Source: an uncultured virus (IMG/VR IMGVR_UViG_3300035188_001352) (lineage: Duplodnaviria > Heunggongvirae > Uroviricota > Caudoviricetes). From it: DNA of 64,000 bases. The stretch is from positions 1 to 64,000 of IMG/VR virus record IMGVR_UViG_3300035188_001352; one strand, given 5' to 3'. How positions within the stretch are numbered: the stretch's first letter is position 1; the number at the start of each line of letters is the position of its first letter. The notes beneath the pieces were generated by a model that searched no databases, was not told the DNA's origin, and was given only the letters and a program-made list of their open reading frames with translations. Of the stretch, positions 48,960 to 58,236 are shown in pieces. The translations under genes and the position numbers were made by a program.

Positions 48960-49668
48960 CTAAGAACTCATGAATACCACGCAAGTTCTTTTGCCAACGT
49001 AGCACCATAAACTTTTCATAATCGCCATCAAATGGAACACCATAACCGTGTTCAATTTGTTCATATGTTTCGTACTTCTTCAACCAGTTCTTTATGTCAT
49101 GTAAAGCTCTATCAGTTTCTAACTGAGTTGCTTTTGGAAATGCATAATGATACAAGCCGACATTTTCAGATTGAGCAAACCACCACCCACATTGATTGTA
49201 AAACCATTCAGCAGCTTCTAACCATTCAGTTCTACATTTAGTAGCAAAGTTTGTTTGAAAGATTGTTGAATAGTTTTTTTGAAAGTTTGGATATGGAACC
49301 CATGGATATATTGTGCTTTTGACCCATTTCTTGATTTCTGGATGATTGATTCGATCGCTATCAAGAACATAGATTGGTTTAGCACCTTCCGCCGGCATTG
49401 AGTATTCTTTTGTTATCCATCTTACTTCAGTATAGCCATAATACATATCTTCATTTGAAATGAAAGATAATGCATACTCTTTATCGAACTCTTTATATGT
49501 CAAATGTTCTTTCAAGATTCCGTTTGTAGAAACTCCATTACCATTTACATTGAATAACTGGTCAAATACTCGAAGCTTTACTCCATGCAATGTAGTATCA
49601 CGAAACAAAGACGGAAACTTTTGGAGCATGTAAAGAACATATTCATCAGGTGTAAAGAATTGTGTCAT
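48904..49668 (-). CDS. Hypothetical protein
   Basis: 254 aa ORF. Confidence 0.75.
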   Translation of the reverse strand: MTQFFTPDEYVLYMLQKFPSLFRDTTLHGVKLRVFDQLFNVNGNGVSTNGILKEHLTYKEFDKEYALSFISNEDMYYGYTEVRWITKEYSMPAEGAKPIYVLDSDRINHPEIKKWVKSTIYPWVPYPNFQKNYSTIFQTNFATKCRTEWLEAAEWFYNQCGWWFAQSENVGLYHYAFPKATQLETDRALHDIKNWLKKYETYEQIEHGYGVPFDGDYEKFMVLRWQKNLRGIHEFLGEVQQFLSEQINARTSEV

Positions 49669-50872
49669 TTGGATACCTCATTTAGCTTACGTTCCGTATT
49701 GGCTCCAATAGCAAACCATTCATCACGAGTATTTTCAACCCATGAAGTAAAATGAGCTAATGTAATCTGTCCATTGACAATCATTTGGAATAATGCATCT
49801 TCTCGAAGGTCAATCACGCGAACAGTTCTGAACTTCATATTTTCGTCTGGAATTCGGATAGTGCTCATCGTTAGCTTTCCTTTTTCTTTGAGCTGTAAAT
49901 TGCAATTTCTTCGTTAGTTGCAGAACGGGATTCGATAATTTCTTGGTCAGGAGCCATGTTTCTAAAATGCATTTCGGCTCTTTCAGTTGAACTATCAAAG
50001 AATACCATAGTCTTTTGTTCAGACCTTACCAAGAACGGTTGAAAATCATGCAACATTTTGAAATGTCCTTCCTTTTGAATTGAATCTCATTGGAACCTTG
50101 AACATCACAGGTTCAATACCGTTTGATGAAATATAACCGTGACAATGAAACTTGTCATCTGAAAGAAAGAATGTTTGATTGTATTTAGCATCAGCACCTT
50201 TGAAGGTTGTTTCTTTGACAGTAATCATTTTGGAACTCCATCACCAATACCATAAGATTCTACCCAAGGGTCTTTAGTATCCAACATATGTTGATACAAT
50301 TTGCAAACTAAATGTTTGTTGATTTCAATGATAGTTCCATCTTCATCAGTAACGTGCAGAAATCTCCAATTGACTTGTGCCCGGTCTTTCAGGATTTCAA
50401 CTTCACCATTTAGTTCTAATCTGTTAATTTTTGCTTTCATCGTAATTCTCCTTAGCAACAATTATACTACTTCAACAAAAGTTCTTTTACCAACAGTGAA
50501 CACTAAAGGTTGGAGTAATATAGTAAATTTTTTTGAACCTCTTGGTTTCAAACCAAAACAAAACTGTTTGTCAAGAGTCAAAATAAATTCATCATTAGTT
50601 TTTGTATCACGAAAAACTTTTGTATCTTCACCTTTTGTAACTGAAGTTCTTCTTGGATTTAGAACTTCATTAGCTAAGTCCAAAATGTATTGGAGTTTTG
50701 ATGGTTTATTGGGCCAGCTTTTAGCAGCAAAAGATTCCAACATTTCATCATCTAAAACATCAGCATATTTCAGTTCTTCAATTAGTTCTTTGACTAAAGG
50801 TGAAGCTGCAGTTTTAACGTTTGAAGTTGAAATGGTTGAAACTAATGTTTGGATTGAAGTGGTGGTAGTCAT
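49665..50872 (-). CDS. Run of five small hypothetical early genes (49665-49868, 49871-50056, 50046-50228, 50225-50461, 50462-50872)
   Basis: Tightly packed co-oriented ORFs downstream of early promoter 50910-50937. Confidence 0.55.
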
Positions 50873-50887
50873 CGTAATTCTCTCTCT

Positions 50888-50937
50888 ACGTTTGTTTGAA
50901 TATGGGTCTATTATACAACATCCAAAGTAGATGTAAA
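50888..50937 (-). repeat. 50-bp direct repeat containing an early promoter (copy 1)
   Basis: ACGTTTGTTTGAATATGGGTCTATTATACAACATCCAAAGTAGATGTAAA identical at 51848-51897; first 28 bp also at 59493-59520. Confidence 0.9.
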
Positions 50938-50955
50938 TAGACCCAACATCAAAAA

Positions 50956-50971
50956 TGATAACTAGTTATCA
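50956..50971. promoter_or_regulatory. Perfect 16-bp palindrome TGATAACTAGTTATCA upstream of early promoter
   Basis: Direct reading; related sites at 40744, 51908, 57215, 59553, 62255. Confidence 0.6.
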
Positions 50972-51565
50972 AATTTTACCTTTATTTGCAATCCATTTTT
51001 CTGCAGCGGCAATAAACTTAGGATTAGCATTTACAAATGCTTCATGCCAATCAGTATCATGAACTGGTTGTACCCCAATAAATTCGGTTAGCATTTCAAA
51101 TCTGTACGGCCGCCCAACTTTCAATAGGTTGGGATTTGAAATGAATAGCTTTGTAGATTCAGCAATTGTTTCCCAAATGTTAGGCTCATATGAAGATACC
51201 TTTGATTCCTTTTTGCGAACTTTTGGTACATACTTATCATAATCACGTTGTATGTTGAAATGTATGATATGCCCAAGCTCATGACACAAAACTCCAATAG
51301 GAGTAAGGTCAGCTTTATAGCCGGGATATGACCATTTGAAGCCTGGTGTTTTTGTAGCAACAGCACATTTTTTGATATTGATTTTGATAGTTCTTTTTGT
51401 TGCTTGTCCGTGTGCAGGCAGCGTATCAACAACTTTTATAGTAGGTGTTGGTATTTGCGGATTCAAAATCAGAAAATCTTTTAGTAAGATTTGAGCTTCT
51501 GCAAAAAGCTCAAGTTTTGTTTTTCCGATCATGTTATGCTCCAACATAAATTGGAGTGCCAACAT
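50969..51565 (-). CDS. HExxH metallopeptidase-like protein
   Basis: VLCHELGHIIH and VSSY....E.IAE motifs. Confidence 0.6.
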   Translation of the reverse strand: MLALQFMLEHNMIGKTKLELFAEAQILLKDFLILNPQIPTPTIKVVDTLPAHGQATKRTIKINIKKCAVATKTPGFKWSYPGYKADLTPIGVLCHELGHIIHFNIQRDYDKYVPKVRKKESKVSSYEPNIWETIAESTKLFISNPNLLKVGRPYRFEMLTEFIGVQPVHDTDWHEAFVNANPKFIAAAEKWIANKGKI

Positions 51566-51881
51566 GAACTGGGTGTTCAGAAATATCTTGCTCGATAATC
51601 AATGCGCATTTGCCAAAGTTTTGCCATACTTTGAATGCAACATAGTTTTTGACAGGTTCTTCAATTTCAGCAAGCTGACCTTTTACATATTCGAGAATGT
51701 TATTTGGGTCGTCAGTTTTTACACTGCCGCCGATCCAAGAAGTTGTGGTTTCAACTGCGTCAGATGGAACTTCTTCAGTTTTTACCAAAAATTGAATGTA
51801 TTCAATTTCGTATTCATATGATTTAGAGGCAGCCATTGTAGTTCTCCACGTTTGTTTGAATATGGGTCTATTATACAACAT
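51534..51881 (-). CDS. Hypothetical protein (true start probably MAASK near 51836)
   Basis: GGAG SD before MAASK; the longer start overlaps the promoter. Confidence 0.55.
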   Translation of the reverse strand: MLYNRPIFKQTWRTTMAASKSYEYEIEYIQFLVKTEEVPSDAVETTTSWIGGSVKTDDPNNILEYVKGQLAEIEEPVKNYVAFKVWQNFGKCALIIEQDISEHPVHVGTPIYVGA

Positions 51882-51897
51882 CCAAAGTAGATGTAAA
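51848..51897 (-). repeat. 50-bp promoter repeat (copy 2)
   Basis: Identical to 50888-50937. Confidence 0.9.
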
Positions 51898-51922
51898 CGG
51901 TTGAAAGTGTTAACCAGATAAC

Positions 51923-51958
51923 AAAAAAGGGAAGAACTTTTACATTCTTCCCCCTTTT
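51923..51958 (-). terminator. Rho-independent terminator after peroxidase gene
   Basis: GGGAAGAA / TTCTTCCC stem with T-run on minus strand. Confidence 0.7.
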
Positions 51959-51980
51959 CATTTTCACAAGGACTTACTTG

Positions 51981-54164
51981 TTATGGAGCTAACTTGGTTT
52001 CAAAGGTAGCCGGAGCAGCACGTCCATTACGTCCAGTTGCAGGAAGAACTAAGAAGTTATCCACTGCATCATTGGTATTTGGTTTAGCTGTTATAGTATG
52101 ACCATTAGGAATAGTCAACGAAGGATGGTCAAACGGAGCAGCTTCACGAGCAACACGATTATCAGTTAGCATCAACATAAAGTTCGTGATGTCAGTAAAG
52201 TCAGTTGCATCAAATCCAAGCACCTTGATTTCAGGATGTAAGTTTGGATTGTTGAACAAACCACCATTGTTATATAACATCATCACTTCGTTCAAATTCT
52301 TAGCAGAACCATTATGGAAGTATGGAGCAGTCAAACTAACATTACGTAATGATGGAGTTTTGAATGAACCATCAGTTCTAGCAGGTGATAAAGCTGGAGT
52401 CATAACAAGTGGAACACCATTGACATCAACAAAGTTAGTAGCAACATTGAATACATCAACTGTATTTGGAGGAGCACAAGCACCACCATTCGCAGGAGTC
52501 ACTAAGTCAGTTGGGCATGAAGCTAAACCAAAAGCATTTTGCCATTGTTGTGAAAATGCAAGAGGATTTCCCCAAGGATCATTACCACCAAGACCACGGT
52601 CAAATGCAATTGGAGTCACACCAATATCATAGAACCCTAAGTCATAAGAACCAAATTGTAAAGCTGGGTCAAACACTGGAACAACCGCTTCTGCAACAAC
52701 TGCACCTGGTAAGAACGGCATTGGTTCAACCATAAAGCCATTTGGAACTGCATTCGGGTCAGTTATATTGACACCAATTGGAGCAGGAGCTAATGCAGTA
52801 AATGTAGCTGATGAGAACTCAGGACCATTATGACAGAAGATACAAGCACCATTCTTTTGTGGAATAGGAGCAAGAGTTACAGGGTCAACACCAACTTGCG
52901 GATTCAATGGACTAACTGCTCCCATGAACAAATCGAAACCACGTGATTGACTTCTGTTCATACCAATGAATGTTCCATTAGGACGACGAATTAGCTGAGG
53001 AGCAGTTCCCACTGGAACGGGATTACCAGCAACAGTAATAGGTTGTCTTACACGTAGTAAGTTATCATATGGAGAATTACCAGAACGTAAGGTATCTTCA
53101 TAAGCTTGAACTGCTAAACCGAAGAACAATGGAAAGTTGGCTTCATCAAGTGGAATGTTTGATGGATTGACACCTGTCCAGAATACTGGTTGGAAAGCTC
53201 TTTGAATAAGAGTTCTGTATAATGGTTTGTTAGTTCTGAAAGTTGATAAAACACTATCAGTAGCACTAATTGTTTGGGTATTCAAAATCTTTCTACCAAC
53301 AAGCTTAGTACCAACAGTCGTAAAGGTTCTACCTGCACAGCTCATTTCCAAGTCAGATAATACAGGACCAACTGCTTGAGAAGCAAGTGATGCATTATCA
53401 ATAACGAGTTTGACTTGTGTTGGAACACCACCAACTGGAGTCATCCATACTTTAGAGTTTTGGTCACGTAGTCCAAATGGATTTGCTCCATTGAAGACTT
53501 TGTTTGCACGACCATCCCAGAAGTTTCTGACATAGAATGTAGCATTGATTGAAGATGGAGTATTACGAGGTTCTACACGACGAACGTTGATACCATTCAC
53601 AGATGCTTCATCAAGAATTCTTGATGTACAAGTATCGCCATCTAAAAGTGGATCATTTCCAACAAAAGTTCCGTTCAAAGTACCAGCAGAACTGATAACA
53701 TCATCAACTACAGTAGCAGATAACTTAGTTGGATTGGCAGGATCATTTGGAGCACCAAATACCCAAAGAGGAAAATCGCTAACTTTCAGTTGAGCATTAG
53801 GACCAACAGTTCCACCAGGAAGAGCATCATAAGTATGGTTGTTATGATTGAAACCTGGATTGATTTGATTGATTGTACGACTATCAGCACCTGCTGCAAA
53901 GTGACAAGAAGCACAAGCCATACCGTCAGAACCAACCGCAGTATCCCAGAATAATGCTTTACCTAATTGAACCAGTGCAGCATTGTTACGGGTAATTGAA
54001 GTGATACCGTTGAGCTGTGAAACACCATCAATTGTGACGGTCATTGGAGGTTTGACCGCAGTATTTAGAGGAGTTGGTTGAATGAACAACACTGCCTCAG
54101 ACACAATCGGCAAACTAAAGAGTCCTACTGCTGACGCGAGCAGGAATATAGCTTTTGATTTCAT
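51981..54164 (-). CDS. Secreted di-heme cytochrome c peroxidase / MauG-family protein
   Basis: Signal peptide; [49 protein letters not shown]. Confidence 0.92.
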   Translation of the reverse strand: MKSKAIFLLASAVGLFSLPIVSEAVLFIQPTPLNTAVKPPMTVTIDGVSQLNGITSITRNNAALVQLGKALFWDTAVGSDGMACASCHFAAGADSRTINQINPGFNHNNHTYDALPGGTVGPNAQLKVSDFPLWVFGAPNDPANPTKLSATVVDDVISSAGTLNGTFVGNDPLLDGDTCTSRILDEASVNGINVRRVEPRNTPSSINATFYVRNFWDGRANKVFNGANPFGLRDQNSKVWMTPVGGVPTQVKLVIDNASLASQAVGPVLSDLEMSCAGRTFTTVGTKLVGRKILNTQTISATDSVLSTFRTNKPLYRTLIQRAFQPVFWTGVNPSNIPLDEANFPLFFGLAVQAYEDTLRSGNSPYDNLLRVRQPITVAGNPVPVGTAPQLIRRPNGTFIGMNRSQSRGFDLFMGAVSPLNPQVGVDPVTLAPIPQKNGACIFCHNGPEFSSATFTALAPAPIGVNITDPNAVPNGFMVEPMPFLPGAVVAEAVVPVFDPALQFGSYDLGFYDIGVTPIAFDRGLGGNDPWGNPLAFSQQWQNAFGLASCPTDLVTPANGGACAPPNTVDVFNVATNFVDVNGVPLVMTPALSPARTDGSFKTPSLRNVSLTAPYFHNGSAKNLNEVMMLYNNGGLFNNPNLHPEIKVLGFDATDFTDITNFMLMLTDNRVAREAAPFDHPSLTIPNGHTITAKPNTNDAVDNFLVLPATGRNGRAAPATFETKLAP

Positions 54165-54381
54165 ATGAATATACCTTATAAGGAGTTATACTAAAGGGAG
54201 TATATGAAATAAACGCATAACGTAAGTATGTTCTATCACACTCCACTAAGAGTATCTTTATCATCAGGTATAATAGTTCCACTTATTGTTACAAGTACTA
54301 TTTCATACAGGTTTTACAAATAACGCTCCATGAAAATCATCCTAATGTTCATGGAGAATCATTCATTCTTTTTACAGAATT

Positions 54382-54456
54382 TGGCAAGCACGGCTGGAAT
54401 CGAACCAACATTGTCAGAGTCAAAGTCTGATGTACTAACCGTTGTACGACGTGCCT
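54382..54456 (-). tRNA. tRNA-Gln(UUG)
   Basis: Cloverleaf, anticodon loop CTTTGAC, TTCGATT T-loop, encoded CCA. Confidence 0.9.
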
Positions 54457-54564
54457 AAATGTTCTTGTTTGAAGAACCTAGAGACACATTATACACATTA
54501 GGTATTATACGTCAGTAAGTTCTTCGATAATCTGTTGTTGCTGTCGATTCATAGTATGTGTGCT

Positions 54565-54831
54565 TTATTTGTATTGAGTTTTGTTGAACAATCTGTCCAA
54601 TTTTTCGTTTGTATCTTTTGCATACTGAGCAGCAAGGTTAGCAGCTTGTTCAGCAGCACCGGCACGAGCAGAAGCTTGAGCAGCCAAAGCTTTAGCTTCA
54701 GAAGCTGAATTAGAAGCAGCAGCTACTTTTGGAGCTAATGCATCGATTTGACCTTGTAAGTTTTCAATGTCACCATTAGTTGCGCAACCAGTTAGAGCGA
54801 AGATGGTAAAAAGTAATGCAATTTTTTTCAT
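54565..54831 (-). CDS. Lpp/OprI-family alanine-zipper lipoprotein
   Basis: Lipobox LTGC, Ala-rich coiled coil, NEKLDRLF.K..YK with C-terminal Lys. Confidence 0.85.
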   Translation of the reverse strand: MKKIALLFTIFALTGCATNGDIENLQGQIDALAPKVAAASNSASEAKALAAQASARAGAAEQAANLAAQYAKDTNEKLDRLFNKTQYK

Positions 54832-54866
54832 TGTGTATCTTTCCTATTGTGTTGATATAATTTAGT

Positions 54867-54921
54867 ATTTATTGACTATTCTTATGCAAGTATTAAAAAT
54901 GCATAAGAATAGTCAATAAAT
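54867..54921. other. 22-bp perfect inverted repeat (hairpin, 11-nt loop)
   Basis: ATTTATTGACTATTCTTATGCA / TGCATAAGAATAGTCAATAAAT. Confidence 0.9.
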
Positions 54922-55031
54922 TTTTTACAGTGTTTTTCTTTACGTTTGTATTGCTTGGATTTATCTTCTTCAACTTTAGCACGATTGAAGCGACAACAAT
55001 ACTTCGCTACTATGTTATTTATTTTCTTCAT
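54882..55031 (-). CDS. ArfA-like small protein (49 aa, not in ORF track)
   Basis: Manual translation MKKINNIVAKYCCRFNRAKVEEDKSKQYKRKEKHCKKFIDYSYAFLILA; GGAG SD; VE..K..K..Y.RK.KH as in ArfA. Confidence 0.55.
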   Translation of the reverse strand: MKKINNIVAKYCCRFNRAKVEEDKSKQYKRKEKHCKKFIDYSYAFLILA

Positions 55032-55049
55032 TTACTCTCTCCTTTCAAG

Positions 55050-55126
55050 TGGAGTCGAAGACGAGACTTGAACTCGTAGTATTCAGTTTTGCAGACTGAT
55101 GCACTTACCAATTTTGCTACTTCGAC
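55050..55126 (-). tRNA. tRNA-Cys(GCA)
   Basis: Anticodon arm TCAGT-CTGCAAA-ACTGA, CCA end. Confidence 0.9.
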
Positions 55127-55132
55127 AAATTC

Positions 55133-55624
55133 TTACCATTTTACCATAGTTCTTAACATTGCTTCATCTGCATCTATTGCTTCTGCCTTCAAGTATAACT
55201 TTTCTGGAGCTTTACTGAAGTACAAAAATAGAGCAGGACATAACCAACCACTAATACCTGGAGTCCAATGTCCAGGAACATGCCAACGATACCAGTTGCC
55301 ATGGATATTTCCGCTATAGTCTAATCCCTCTTTAACCCAATCACCAATCAATTGGTGACCTTTGAAAGGCTTATCACTAAATGACATCTTGAACCCATTC
55401 TTAGCAGAGGGAATGTCTCTGACTAAGAAATCAATTGCTTCATCAGTACCGGAAATAAAGGCTTCCCATTTGAGCCCAGTTTCTTTGTCATCAAATACCC
55501 AAATGTCATAACCTTCAATTTCCTTGCCGTCTTTGTCATTCATTACCCATGCAGAACCTGATAGCTTATATGGATAAAGAACGCGAACTTGTTCTTCCTT
55601 CTTCTTACAAAATGGCCAAAACAT
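55133..55624 (-). CDS. Conserved hypothetical protein (DUF6717-like)
   Basis: WVFDD..GL..EAFI.G.D..ID, FS..PF.G, GWLCPALF.YF...P motifs; family recalled, not searched. Confidence 0.55.
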   Translation of the reverse strand: MFWPFCKKKEEQVRVLYPYKLSGSAWVMNDKDGKEIEGYDIWVFDDKETGLKWEAFISGTDEAIDFLVRDIPSAKNGFKMSFSDKPFKGHQLIGDWVKEGLDYSGNIHGNWYRWHVPGHWTPGISGWLCPALFLYFSKAPEKLYLKAEAIDADEAMLRTMVKW

Positions 55625-55640
55625 TTAGTACCTTATAGTA

Positions 55641-55716
55641 TGGAGCCTCGTATCTGATTCGAACAGATGACCTATTCATTACTAGTGAATTGCTCTACCA
55701 ACTGAGCTAACGAGGC
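55641..55716 (-). tRNA. tRNA-Thr(AGU)
   Basis: Canonical cloverleaf; arm ATTCA-CTAGTAA-TGAAT; GCC acceptor start; CCA. Confidence 0.85.
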
Positions 55717-55722
55717 AATAAT

Positions 55723-55797
55723 TGGAGCTCCCACCCGGAACTGACCCGAGAACCGCGGGTTACAAAGCCGCCGTTTTTCCCGTTAAACTATAGGAGC
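55723..55797 (-). tRNA. tRNA-Thr(UGU), atypical
   Basis: Loop TTTGTAA, C-C mismatch at base of anticodon stem, T-loop GTCAGTT instead of TTCGAAT, CCA. Confidence 0.65.
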
Positions 55798-55826
55798 ATA
55801 TTTTTTATTTATAGTCTTATTCTAAT

Positions 55827-55902
55827 TGGTCGTGAAGCTTGGATTCGAACCAAGGACACAAGCATTATGAATGCTTTGCTCTACCGACTGAGCTACATCA
55901 CG
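55827..55902 (-). tRNA. tRNA(CAU), elongator Met or Ile2
   Basis: Arm AAGCA-TTCATAA-TGCTT, CCA. Confidence 0.85.
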
Positions 55903-56083
55903 ATTGTTCTTTTACCCAATCCAAAAACTCTTCAGCTCCATCACGTTGCATTATAGCTGCATCATCATATTGCAAAAGTGGTTCATTACCTTTTCTTTCA
56001 TGAGTATCTTCAAATGTTTGTAACATTGACTGAAGTTCTTCAATTGTATATCTTACTTCTTTCTTACGTCTTACTCCACCCAT
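55898..56083 (-). CDS. Hypothetical protein
   Basis: 61 aa; stop overlaps tRNA 5' end. Confidence 0.5.
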   Translation of the reverse strand: MGGVRRKKEVRYTIEELQSMLQTFEDTHERKGNEPLLQYDDAAIMQRDGAEEFLDWVKEQS

Positions 56084-56084
56084 G

Positions 56085-56417
56085 TTATATCAATCCTTCT
56101 TCCAAAAGAACTAATGCTATATCATAACGATACATATAACGAAGTTCTCGCATTGTGCAATTACAGTATGGATGACTACCTTGAGGACCCATACAACAAC
56201 AAGCATCAGAATAAGGCTGCAACATTAGTTCTTGAAACATATCTAGTTTCATCTGTTTTGATGCATAAATCTGTGTCATAAATTCAAAATTTTCTTTGAA
56301 ATATTGAACCAAAGATGCCAATAATTCGGGAGTCACCGGAAACTTATTCTCGATTTGCTCCACTTCCCGTAGTGTATCAGCCATCGTTTTCAATTGGAAG
56401 ACTTCTTGATAGTTCAT
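56085..56417 (-). CDS. Hypothetical protein with Cys cluster
   Basis: ACCCMGPQGSHPYCNC. Confidence 0.6.
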   Translation of the reverse strand: MNYQEVFQLKTMADTLREVEQIENKFPVTPELLASLVQYFKENFEFMTQIYASKQMKLDMFQELMLQPYSDACCCMGPQGSHPYCNCTMRELRYMYRYDIALVLLEEGLI

Positions 56418-56418
56418 C

Positions 56419-56754
56419 TTATTTCTCTACTTTGTAAAAGTTTCGACCATCTTTCGTTTCATACCCATAATGTTCCAACACTCGAGCCATATTAGTTCGA
56501 CCAACAGGATTTGACGTCACTAATTGAACATGGTCTGGAACAAAACCTCTATACATCAAATGACACAATACATCATAGCCATTCATTGCTTCACCTAAAT
56601 CATGGTCAAGACAAAGACATTCAATTCGGTCAAAATTTTCCATTACCATTTTGATGCCATCACGAGCATTCTTTGCAATCAATTCACAATTGAGTTCTCG
56701 GATATCATCAATGATTGCCCAAACTTTATTATCGCTCATCTTAGTTATTTCCAC
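56419..56754 (-). CDS. Cyclic-phosphate-processing receiver-domain-like protein
   Basis: IDDIR, LDHDLG, NGYDVL, TSNPVGR motifs. Confidence 0.7.
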   Translation of the reverse strand: MEITKMSDNKVWAIIDDIRELNCELIAKNARDGIKMVMENFDRIECLCLDHDLGEAMNGYDVLCHLMYRGFVPDHVQLVTSNPVGRTNMARVLEHYGYETKDGRNFYKVEK

Positions 56755-57016
56755 GTTGAATAGTAAAAGACGGATATGTTTCTCGAACTAGTTCTGATAA
56801 GACTTCTTTCAAGTCAGTAATATCTGTTGAAAGTTTGATACGTTCTAAAAGTTCATTTCGCTTTTGTTCTTTCTTCAAGTATTGATGAGCAGTTGGCAAA
56901 CTAACACCATACTTCTTACTCACTTCTTTTACTCGTTCAGCACAAATCTTACTCATCTTTCTATGTTCCACTTTTTTGCTATAAAGAGTATTTGCAAGGA
57001 GATACTGGGTTTTCAC
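56741..57016 (-). CDS. Hypothetical protein
   Basis: 91 aa ORF; start uncertain. Confidence 0.5.
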   Translation of the reverse strand: MKTQYLLANTLYSKKVEHRKMSKICAERVKEVSKKYGVSLPTAHQYLKKEQKRNELLERIKLSTDITDLKEVLSELVRETYPSFTIQRGNN

Positions 57017-57176
57017 CAGTATGGTGGCTTGGTTATGCTTCTATAGAAAGCGGCCACATTACATCCCGAATAACTTAGCTGATAAGAACCACCAAATCTA
57101 CCAATGTTATCGATAAGTTGGAATCGTTCACCAACTGTATCTCCCGCAAATACTCCTTCTTTTTGAATATGTGTCT

Positions 57177-57230
57177 ATTATAAACAATTTTTAGCAGATG
57201 TAAACGGTTATTTTTGATAACTACTTCACA
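57177..57230 (-). promoter_or_regulatory. Early promoter with upstream palindrome-family site
   Basis: GTTTACA-N16-TATAAT (57177-57205); TGATAACTACTTCACA at 57215-57230. Confidence 0.65.
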
Positions 57231-57475
57231 TTTTCACTATCTACTACAATCGGACCAATTTGACTCGTAGGACATTCTTTCAACCATGCAGTTACAATTC
57301 CAGCCGAACCAACTACTGCGTATTTGCATTCTTGCAAACCAGCATTGACTTTGATTGCTTCGCCAGCTTGAACTAATAGTGCTATACATAATCCGATAGT
57401 AGCCCCAATTCCAGCCAGCCATATCCACATTTTATGTTCACTTTCCATTCTATTGTCTCCGAGTTCTCTATTCAT
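57221..57475 (-). CDS. Small membrane protein
   Basis: TM helix then AGLQEC...W.KECP; paralog of 47067..47300. Confidence 0.6.
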   Translation of the reverse strand: MNRELGDNRMESEHKMWIWLAGIGATIGLCIALLVQAGEAIKVNAGLQECKYAVVGSAGIVTAWLKECPTSQIGPIVVDSENVK

Positions 57476-57896
57476 GTTTTAGTTTTGCATCTTCAAATTT
57501 GACCAACAATCTTGATGTATCCCCATCAGTTGGTCGCTTTACCAAATAACGTGCTGGGCTATGTTCGCAAATTCCAGTAATGACACCATGAATCAATTCA
57601 GTTCCTACTTCAAATGGAGGTTCAATCTTGTTGTCTTCTACCCACTTCTGTCTTGCGTTAGTCAATGCACATTCTGCAATCCAATGCAGTTCTTCAAGTT
57701 CATTGACGTCGTCAATAGTAAGGTCCCAACCATAACTGTCCAATTCTTTAGCAATCTTGAATCCATCCGGTCCGTAAGACATGTAAGCCTTGACCAAAGT
57801 ATTCAAATCACATTGAAACACTTCTTTAGCAAATTGAGCAAATGCTTCTGTCAGCATTTCTTTAGTTTCTTTTGGAGCAGGTGGATATTGGTTCAT
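57468..57896 (-). CDS. Hypothetical protein
   Basis: 142 aa with GAGG SD. Confidence 0.65.
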   Translation of the reverse strand: MNQYPPAPKETKEMLTEAFAQFAKEVFQCDLNTLVKAYMSYGPDGFKIAKELDSYGWDLTIDDVNELEELHWIAECALTNARQKWVEDNKIEPPFEVGTELIHGVITGICEHSPARYLVKRPTDGDTSRLLVKFEDAKLKHE

Positions 57897-57917
57897 TCAC
57901 AATCCTCTATCAATGTT

Positions 57918-57994
57918 TGGTACCTGAAACTGGGTTCGAACCAAGTGACCTCCGACTTGTAAGGACGGCGCTCTCCCAACTGAGCTATTCAGGC
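57918..57994 (-). tRNA. tRNA-Val(UAC)
   Basis: Loop CTTACAA, canonical D arm, CCA. Confidence 0.85.
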
Positions 57995-58002
57995 TTTATG
58001 TT

Positions 58003-58098
58003 TGGAGTCGAGATGCAGATTTAAACTGCGTCGGACATTTATGGAATCCCCAATCATGCTCTTATTGATTCGTACCAGCACCACTGGACTCTCTCGAC
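58003..58098 (-). ncRNA. tRNA-like RNA (96 nt) with non-canonical arms
   Basis: Acceptor GTCGAGA/TCTCGAC + TCCA; T-arm GCAG-TTTAAAT-CTGC; 9-nt loop in anticodon position. Confidence 0.5.
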
Positions 58099-58236
58099 TT
58101 GATTTAGTTATTATATCACTAAAAGTACTACAAGTAAAACAATTATTCCAACGAAGACAAATGCTAAGTCTCTAAACAAGTTTCCAAATAAAGCTCTTAC
58201 CCATTCATTTCGCGATGCTTTCATATTACTCCTACT

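Noticed and set aside
8725..53793. Many short antisense ORFs (e.g. 8725-8940, 12311-12613, 50301-50930, 52186-52632)
   Set aside because: Shadow ORFs opposite well-supported genes, with no motifs or evident ribosome-binding sites
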